The position numbers and the translations under genes were made by a program. A stretch of DNA of 64,000 bases from an uncultured Flavobacteriales bacterium. GTDB lineage: Bacteria > Bacteroidota > Bacteroidia > Flavobacteriales_D > Sanyastnellaceae. This document shows, in pieces, positions 57,725 through 64,000 of the stretch. How positions within the stretch are numbered: the stretch's first letter is position 1; each line of letters starts with the position of its first letter. The stretch covers positions 202,286-266,285 of the forward strand of contig CALGEI010000042.1 in NCBI GenBank assembly GCA_937881575.1, given 5' to 3'. The notes under the pieces were generated by a model. That model worked only from the letters and a program-made list of their open reading frames with translations. It searched no databases and had not been told where the DNA came from.

Positions 57725-59171
57725 TCACGACCAACGTTCTCTCCGCTTTTGATAAGGACGCCTTCAGGTCCAAGGCGAGCATGAGGGCAAAAAAGCCCCA
57801 AAACAGAGCGCTCGCTTTGTCAGTGTCCAAATAGTTATTGAGGACGCCGTGCACGAAGTAGGTCATCAATCCCAGAAACACACCCATCGCGAGAATGCGA
57901 TCTTCTCTATCGTTCAAGGTCCGTTGCAAGCGAAAGCCCCAATGGAGGCAAAACCCCAACAAGCAGAGAACCCCAATTAATCCGGGGACTCCTTGTTCTG
58001 CGAGCGGTCCTAGGTATTCACTGTGAGCATTTCCTCCATCCGCATTGTTGGTGCTAATGATGGTGCGGTCTTTTGATTGCTGGAAAGGCGCGTAAACGAA
58101 TTGATATGTCCCAGCTCCCCACCCAACGACGGGGCGTTCTGCGAAAAGAGCGAGGGCAGCATTCCAACGATTAAGACGCTCCAAGTTCGATGCGTCGCTT
58201 GAGACGTTGGAGATGGACTCGACATGTTCGGATAAATCATCCGATGAATCTTGGTTGTTGCGTTCGAGTTGAATAACCAAAGCGTCCCGTGCAAACCAAC
58301 CGAAGGCTAAGACGATGAGTCCAATGGATAAAAGTGTTTTCAATTGAAAACCGACGCGCATGAGGCCCCAGAGAACTCCCACCGCGACGAGAGAAACCCA
58401 AGCCGCTCGTGTATACGATAAGATCAGTCCAACGCCAATGATACACAAGGCTCCCGCAAGCAAAGCTTTGACAAAAGGCGAGAAACGCTTGAAGAAGAGC
58501 AGCGAGGACAAAGGAGGGGTGATCATTGCGAGCACGGCTCCATAAGATGTGTGGTCCTTGAAAAATGGCTTCATGACCCAATGTCCTGCGTCTTTCTCAA
58601 ACCCAAATCCGGCATGTCGAATCACCGTATAGATCACGACGACACAAAGCGGAAAGGCATAGGCCATAATAAACTTGTGTCGATGGGCGGGTTGATGCAC
58701 AAAAAAATGCCCCAAGAACCAGAGAAATCCGACAATAAACCAAGTCCGTGCAATGAGGAATTTCAAAGACACAATTGGGAACTCGCTTGTGATGGTCGTA
58801 ATCAAAATCCAAGCGAGAGAGATGCTAACGAGTCGGGAAAAAGGGTGTTGTAATACGCGTTTTTCGATGGGCCAACCCCGCAAAGCGCGCAATGCGAATA
58901 GTCCGAGTAAGCCCGCTAGCAGGGGTTCAGTCGGCAAATACAAGCCGATGCCTCCGATCTCAAGGTCTTCCAAGCTCAGACTCAACGGGACACATGCAAT
59001 CAACACCAATATGAGCACATCAAGTCGTGCGAACGCAAGCCAAATCATTCCAATGACAGCAGGGAGCAAAGCCAGCCATGGCCATTCATAATAAAGAGCT
59101 GTGCTCAAAGCCACAGCAAATAGGCCAATAGACCAATGAGCCAGTTTGTGCATCGAATGCGATGCCATCAT
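57717..59171 (-). CDS. O-antigen ligase/polymerase (Wzy_C) family membrane protein
   Basis: About 11-12 TM. Periplasmic loop ...YTRAAW...NLERLNRWNAALALFAERPVVGWGAGTY is typical of Wzy_C. Confidence 0.8.
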   Translation of the reverse strand: MMASHSMHKLAHWSIGLFAVALSTALYYEWPWLALLPAVIGMIWLAFARLDVLILVLIACVPLSLSLEDLEIGGIGLYLPTEPLLAGLLGLFALRALRGWPIEKRVLQHPFSRLVSISLAWILITTITSEFPIVSLKFLIARTWFIVGFLWFLGHFFVHQPAHRHKFIMAYAFPLCVVVIYTVIRHAGFGFEKDAGHWVMKPFFKDHTSYGAVLAMITPPLSSLLFFKRFSPFVKALLAGALCIIGVGLILSYTRAAWVSLVAVGVLWGLMRVGFQLKTLLSIGLIVLAFGWFARDALVIQLERNNQDSSDDLSEHVESISNVSSDASNLERLNRWNAALALFAERPVVGWGAGTYQFVYAPFQQSKDRTIISTNNADGGNAHSEYLGPLAEQGVPGLIGVLCLLGFCLHWGFRLQRTLNDREDRILAMGVFLGLMTYFVHGVLNNYLDTDKASALFWGFFALMLALDLKASLSKAERTLVVTT

Positions 59172-60166
59172 GCCTCCTTCGGAGCGTTGAGGTTTTCCGC
59201 GGCCAGCAGGGCGAGCAATGCAAACAACAGGACGCTAGCGACACTCATGACGACAATTAACCAGCGAATGGGCTTGGCTTTTTTGTCTGCAGGCGCGGCA
59301 TAGTCTACAATGAAGGCAGAGGGCATTTGAGTTTCGGCATCCAACTTCATTAACTCAAAACGCTTTTTGAGAATGGCCTCACGGTCATAAGCCGCTTCGA
59401 TGAGATTGGAAAGCTTGTTGAAGGCATTGGCGTACTGAGAAATCTCAGCCATTTGTTGCCGGATTTTCTCTGCATTCGCTGTTGAACCCTTGGCAATAGC
59501 CGTGGCATATTGTTCATTGAGTCCTTCAATCTGTGTGGCGAAGTCATAGACACCGAGCTCATAAAGTTTACCGAGTTGCGTTTCCATGTCCGTAATCTCA
59601 GTTTGCACTTGCTGCAAAGACGACGTTGCGTAGAGCAGCGCTTCACCTGCCCGGTCATTGCGCAAGCGATTGGAGACCGAATCGGCTAAGAATGCAATGT
59701 CATTGGCTATATCCGCGGCTCTTTGCGGGTCTTGATCAAGCACATTGACTTCAATGGAGCCATACCGAGTGAGGTGTGCATCAACATTGGAGTTGTACTC
59801 TTTGCCGAGCAGAGCCTGCGCTCCCGGTGTGTTGCGTTCGATGTCGTAATGGAGCCACAGATCGTATTTCTCGATGATCCGAGAACGAATGCGATCGGAA
59901 TTCAAAATCTGCAACAACCGTTCAGCATCTTCTGTTTCACCATATTCCAGCAAGTCGTTGCGTTTGACCTCTTCATAAAATTGCTCGCCAATGGAGTGTT
60001 GTGGCGTAGCAAACATGACGACCGTGCTTTGAAACTGCTCCGTCATCATGAGGGAAACCAGAGAGGAGATTGCAGTTGCCGCGATGGCAATCAAGAAGAA
60101 CTTCTTTCGACGATTGAAAATGAAGTGCAGCAAGTGGCTGGAGTCGAGGCGTTGGTTTTCGTTCAT
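59168..60166 (-). CDS. Wzz-like polysaccharide chain-length determinant (no kinase domain)
   Basis: N- and C-terminal TM helices flank a coiled-coil periplasmic domain. ATGA overlaps with both neighbours. Confidence 0.7.
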   Translation of the reverse strand: MNENQRLDSSHLLHFIFNRRKKFFLIAIAATAISSLVSLMMTEQFQSTVVMFATPQHSIGEQFYEEVKRNDLLEYGETEDAERLLQILNSDRIRSRIIEKYDLWLHYDIERNTPGAQALLGKEYNSNVDAHLTRYGSIEVNVLDQDPQRAADIANDIAFLADSVSNRLRNDRAGEALLYATSSLQQVQTEITDMETQLGKLYELGVYDFATQIEGLNEQYATAIAKGSTANAEKIRQQMAEISQYANAFNKLSNLIEAAYDREAILKKRFELMKLDAETQMPSAFIVDYAAPADKKAKPIRWLIVVMSVASVLLFALLALLAAENLNAPKEA

Positions 60167-61632
60167 GAATCAGATTTCAACTTGGAGGCTGCAAATGTAT
60201 TCATCTTATTGGATAGCAGGGCACGCAGGGTGGAATCATCCATGATTCCGGGAATGAACCCAGCAAGCAAACAAGCTGTGATGACTGCAGGTGCAATGAA
60301 CTGAGCGTCGACATCCAAACGACTGCCGATCCAACATATTGTGCCGCATACAAGGGAATGCAAGGCCAAACTGCGCGCAAGCTTCCACCAAACGGAGCCG
60401 GGGTGTTTGAGGATGGAGGAAGCGCATTGAATGAAGACGACTACGGCTTGTGTAATCGCGCTGGCCATGGCACATCCGAGTGCGCCATATTTTGGAATCC
60501 AAATGGCATTGAGTGCAATGTTTCCTATGGCACCGATGGCCGCGACGGTGTTCAAAAAACGCAAGTCTTTTCTCGCGGTAAGGAGTGTGCTGAAGACGTA
60601 GCCTTGGGCAAAAATGGCAAAAGAAACCATGAGCCAGGGCAGGATGGGTGCTGCTTCAGCAATCTCATGATCATAAAACAACTGGAGCAATGTGTCTGGC
60701 CAAAAACACGCCGTCCAAGCGATGGTGCCTCCTCCGACTAGCAGAAGTTGACTCGCTCCGATGGCCAAAGGACGAACATCGACTTTCTCGGCCAGCATGC
60801 GAGAAAAGTAGGGTAACAATAAAGTCGCGAAGAGATATCCGATCATATTCGCTGCTTCGAATAGCCGATAACTCATGGCGTACCAGCCGGCCTCGACAGC
60901 GCCGTTTGTTGCGGATCGCTCAAGCATGATCGCGTCTACGCGATGGTAGGTCATCATCAGCAAAAAAAGCAGGGCGTATGGCCAGCCCTCTCGGAGTTGA
61001 AGCCAAATGTTGGAAGAACGTTTTGGAGCAAAAGGGAGATGCTTGCGGTTGAGTTGAAGTCGCCAAAAAGCAATGCTTCCAGCAGCAATCAGTGCCAGCG
61101 TTGTTCCGGCAAGCAACCAAGCAATCTGAAATCCTGGTTGAATGGCTAACAATGTTCCGAGGCCGACCAAGAGCATAGCCCGATCAAGAATCGATACCCA
61201 CGCATCCGTTCGATGAGCGCCCAGACCCTGAAGCCCGGCTCGAATGAACAGAACTGCGCTCAAGACAACCTGGTTGCCCCCGACCCAAGCAAGCCATTGA
61301 AGCGACTCTCCGCGATAGCCTAAGGCCCAGCCGGTGCCCAACAAAGCAGCAAAATAAAACGGAATGAGCACACCTTTGGCCTTCCAGCCTGCGGAGTACG
61401 CCGCTTGCCAATCGTCGCGCTGACTTGCAATCAATCGAGTCATGTGATTGGACAGTCCAGCGTCCAAAAGGATATTGAACAAGATGCTCAAGCTCAACAA
61501 CGGGAAATACCGTCCGAATTCTTCAGGTCCCACGACATCTTGAATGCGCGCATCCACCAGCAGTAAATACGCCGGCTTGATGAGCAAATTGAGCAGCATC
61601 AGCAGAGACAGGTGGGAAAGGAATTGCTTCAT
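60163..61632 (-). CDS. Wzx-type oligosaccharide flippase (MOP superfamily)
   Basis: About 12-14 TM, MKQFLSHLSLLMLLNLLIKPAYLLL...GPEEFG N-terminus. ATG at 61632 is preferred over 61674 because it leaves room for divergent promoters. Confidence 0.75.
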   Translation of the reverse strand: MKQFLSHLSLLMLLNLLIKPAYLLLVDARIQDVVGPEEFGRYFPLLSLSILFNILLDAGLSNHMTRLIASQRDDWQAAYSAGWKAKGVLIPFYFAALLGTGWALGYRGESLQWLAWVGGNQVVLSAVLFIRAGLQGLGAHRTDAWVSILDRAMLLVGLGTLLAIQPGFQIAWLLAGTTLALIAAGSIAFWRLQLNRKHLPFAPKRSSNIWLQLREGWPYALLFLLMMTYHRVDAIMLERSATNGAVEAGWYAMSYRLFEAANMIGYLFATLLLPYFSRMLAEKVDVRPLAIGASQLLLVGGGTIAWTACFWPDTLLQLFYDHEIAEAAPILPWLMVSFAIFAQGYVFSTLLTARKDLRFLNTVAAIGAIGNIALNAIWIPKYGALGCAMASAITQAVVVFIQCASSILKHPGSVWWKLARSLALHSLVCGTICWIGSRLDVDAQFIAPAVITACLLAGFIPGIMDDSTLRALLSNKMNTFAASKLKSDS

Positions 61633-61709
61633 CGAGAGCTTGGTGAGAATCGCTTCGTATGCAAAGAACGGCATATGGCCCAGAGAATTGTCAACCTATC
61701 TTAGCGGGC

Positions 61710-62816
61710 ATGGCGCGCATCGCTCTCAACGCCCGTTTGCTGGTGGCTGACAAATTGGAAGGCATCGGATGGTTTACCCATGAATGCTTCTCTCGAATTG
61801 CCGCGAACCATCCCGAACATGAGTTTTTGCTCCTGTTTGATCGGCGTCCAGACCCTCAGTTTGATTACGGGAAGCATGTTGAATCAAAACACATTTGGCC
61901 CCCTGCGCGTCGGCCTTTTTTGTACGACTGGTGGTTTGACTTGAGCGTAACACGTGCACTGCGAAAATGGGATGCTGATGTTTTTGTTTCGACCGATGGT
62001 TTTTTAAGTCGGAAGTCGGAGATCCCTCAACTTGCTGTAATGCATGACCTCAATTTTATGCACCATCCAGAGTGGATGCCGCAACGTGAGGCTCGCTACT
62101 ACCGAGAACGGTTTCCGCAGTTCGCGAAAATCGCGGCCCGACTCGTGACGGTTTCAGCCTATTCCCAAGAAGACTTAGCACATCAATTTGGGTTGCACAC
62201 CCCGGATATTGACGTGGTTCCCAACGCTCCTTCTGCAGCGTATAAAGTGCTCAATGAATCGGTCAAGTTGGTCCAACGCGAGCGATGGGCTCAAGGAAAT
62301 CATTATTTCATCTTTGTCGGAAGCTTGCATCCCCGAAAGAACGTCGAGGGTCTCTTGAGAGCGTTCGCATTGTATCAGGCGAAAGGAGGTTTGTCGGCCC
62401 TTGTCGTTGTTGGTTCGAGCATGTGGACGGATGAGATGCGCCAAGTACCCAATGTCCACTGGGTCGGGCGGTTGGACCGGATTGACTTGGCCTTAGCAAT
62501 GGGCGGAGCATTGGGGCTGGTTTATTTGCCGTTTTTTGAGGGATTTGGCGTTCCGATTGTTGAAGCCTTTTCTTGTGGCGTTCCTGTTATTGCAAGCAAA
62601 GTCACGTCGATTCCTGAAGTTTGTGGTGGAGCGGAAGCCGGTTTGGTGGCCCCTGATGATGCCCATGCTGCAGCCCGCTTGATGCTCCAAATTGAGTCGG
62701 ACACATCCATTCGACAGGCTGCAATCAATCGCGGTTTGGAGCGCGCACAAGATTTTTCTTGGGATCATTCAGCAGAGCTGCTATGGAAGAGCATTCAAAA
62801 GTTGTTGTTGCCATGA
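61710..62816 (+). CDS. glycosyltransferase family 4 (GT-B, group 1)
   Basis: MARIALNARLL..., EX7E region EGFGVPIVEAFSCGVPVIAS. Confidence 0.85.
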   Translation: MARIALNARLLVADKLEGIGWFTHECFSRIAANHPEHEFLLLFDRRPDPQFDYGKHVESKHIWPPARRPFLYDWWFDLSVTRALRKWDADVFVSTDGFLSRKSEIPQLAVMHDLNFMHHPEWMPQREARYYRERFPQFAKIAARLVTVSAYSQEDLAHQFGLHTPDIDVVPNAPSAAYKVLNESVKLVQRERWAQGNHYFIFVGSLHPRKNVEGLLRAFALYQAKGGLSALVVVGSSMWTDEMRQVPNVHWVGRLDRIDLALAMGGALGLVYLPFFEGFGVPIVEAFSCGVPVIASKVTSIPEVCGGAEAGLVAPDDAHAAARLMLQIESDTSIRQAAINRGLERAQDFSWDHSAELLWKSIQKLLLP

Positions 62817-63418
62817 ACTTAATCCCTTGGATCGAAATCAACAGACTTGAGGCCGGATGCGATGAAGCGGGCAGAGGGTGTCTCGCTGGGCCGGTCACAG
62901 CGAGTGCTGTCATCTTAGATCCTGAATTTGCACAGGAGTTGTGCGATGAAGGCGTGCTGAACGATAGCAAACAGCTGTCAGAAAAGAATCGCAATCTTCT
63001 TCGGGTCAGAATCGAATTAGAGGCCAAGGCTTGGGCTGTATGCCATGTCGAGTCTGATGAAATTGATCGAATTAATATTTTACAGGCTTCTTTTGCGGCG
63101 ATGAGACGAGCGGTCAAAACGCTGAAGCTTTCGCCCGAATTTTTACTTATTGATGGCAACCGATTTCGAACAGAGGAAGGGCTCCCTGAGTATGAATGTT
63201 TCATCAAGGGTGATGCACGTTTTGCTTCAATTGCAGCAGCGAGTGTTTTAGCGAAAACACATAGAGATGAGTTGATGCGCAAATTAGCCAAGAGCCATCC
63301 AACATATGGTTGGCATACAAATGCAGGCTATCCGACACGCGCTCACAGGGAAGCGATTCGAGTTGGGGGCGTGACCGAGTACCATCGGAAAAGCTTTCGG
63401 CAATTGCCCGGTTTGTAG
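62813..63418 (+). CDS. rnhB: ribonuclease HII
   Basis: GCDEAGRGCLAGPV, DSKQLS, IDG...KGD, ASVLAK. The ATG overlaps the GT4 stop (ATGA). Confidence 0.92.
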   Translation: MNLIPWIEINRLEAGCDEAGRGCLAGPVTASAVILDPEFAQELCDEGVLNDSKQLSEKNRNLLRVRIELEAKAWAVCHVESDEIDRINILQASFAAMRRAVKTLKLSPEFLLIDGNRFRTEEGLPEYECFIKGDARFASIAAASVLAKTHRDELMRKLAKSHPTYGWHTNAGYPTRAHREAIRVGGVTEYHRKSFRQLPGL

Positions 63419-63586
63419 CCATTTCAAAAGATTGCAAGAAGGCCTGATAAATCTTGAGCGTTTAATTTCAGGGTTAAAGGAGGGTTATGGCTTGTTTAAG
63501 CGGTTAAATAAGTTTTCGACAAGGTGAGATTTTGAATGTTTTTTAGGTAGCTTGCAGAGCCATTTTGTCGAACTTAAACCCACAAC

Positions 63587-64000
63587 ATGCGTTCTTTATC
63601 CTTGATTTTCGCAGCGGTTCTCGTTTTCACAGCGACCGTTGCTTCCGCCCAGTGCGGCCTTTTGATCTCTGAATACTCAGAGGGGTCTTCGAATAATAAA
63701 TATTTGGAGATATTCAATCCGACGTCGGAAACGGTTTTATTGACTGACTATGCGATTGCATCGGTTGGCAATGACCCCACGACACTCGGTGTTCATGAAT
63801 ATTGGAACCTCTTTACAGAAGGAGCGACCCTCGCTCCAGGTGAGGTTTATGTGTGGGCGAATGGAGGTTCAAGCGCTGAAATCATCGCAGAAACGGACCA
63901 AACTGGAAACGCATACTTCAATGGCGATGACGGTTATGCATTGGTTTATGGTGTCGACACAGATTACGTATTCGTCGACATCGTGGGCAATTTTGAGGGT
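63587..64000 (+). CDS. secreted lamin-tail-domain (LTD) protein, 5' fragment (continues beyond window)
   Basis: Hand translation: MRSLSLIFAAVLVFTATVASAQ signal peptide, then LLISEYSEGSSNNKYLEIFNPT...TDYAI... is typical of LTD. Open to the window end. Confidence 0.6.
   Translation, partial: MRSLSLIFAAVLVFTATVASAQCGLLISEYSEGSSNNKYLEIFNPTSETVLLTDYAIASVGNDPTTLGVHEYWNLFTEGATLAPGEVYVWANGGSSAEIIAETDQTGNAYFNGDDGYALVYGVDTDYVFVDIVGNFEG

Noticed and set aside
59723-60304. 193-aa plus-strand ORF spanning the wzz/wzx junction.
   Set aside because: It is antisense to two ATGA-coupled membrane-protein genes and has no motifs.
62725-63291. 188-aa minus-strand ORF opposite rnhB.
   Set aside because: RNase HII motifs on the plus strand are unambiguous, and the antisense product is Ser/Ala-rich without features.
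1-64000. Searched by eye for CRISPR-like direct repeats, transposases or integrases, phage structural genes, toxin-antitoxin pairs, restriction-modification genes and other defence hallmarks.
   Set aside because: None was found. Every ORF over 300 nt that is not antisense to a better gene has a housekeeping or envelope-type assignment, and no intergenic gap exceeds 185 nt. I cannot exclude dispersed short repeats without a computational self-comparison.

Overview
This is a very gene-dense 64-kb chromosomal segment. By my coordinates about 96% is genic, no intergenic gap exceeds 185 nt, and many start/stop pairs overlap as ATGA or GTGA. It reads as core genome of a Bacteroidota organism, probably Flavobacteriia-like. 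The evidence is gldD/gldE synteny, a PorX-type receiver-PglZ regulator, a Bacteroidetes-type glutaminyl cyclase, an N-terminally extended ClpP, a bS22-like mini-ORF, TAnnTTTG promoter-like motifs and no obvious Shine-Dalgarno sequences.

I can support about 56 CDS, two tRNAs (Pro-GGG, Leu-TAG) and a few hairpins or terminators. Most content is housekeeping:
- Translation: pheS, pheT, cysS, efp, queA, tsaE.
- DNA repair and replication: recQ, mutS, mutY, ssb, rnhB, HU.
- Proteostasis: tig-clpP-clpX, PpiD, cyclophilin.
- Envelope: tatC, kdsD, lptC, an OstA-like protein, Omp85-like and FadL-like barrels, and a small Wzx/Wzz/Wzy/GT4 polysaccharide module.
- One OmpR-type two-component pair.

I found no CRISPR array, transposase, integrase, phage gene, toxin-antitoxin pair or recognisable defence hallmark. 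I therefore do not claim a clear novel mobile or defence system here.

The most promising uncharacterised material is:
- An OstA-like gene followed by an ATGA-coupled pair of unusually Trp-rich secreted proteins (51680-55907).
- A TPR-TM protein with a degenerate kinase-like tail (19654-21417).
- A 29-codon Lys/Arg-rich ORF missed by the ORF track, plus a 15-bp hairpin ahead of RNase G (38999-39123).
- A terminator-like hairpin inside the mutY/HU divergent promoter region.

All functional calls come from by-eye motif and synteny recognition. No database search was run.
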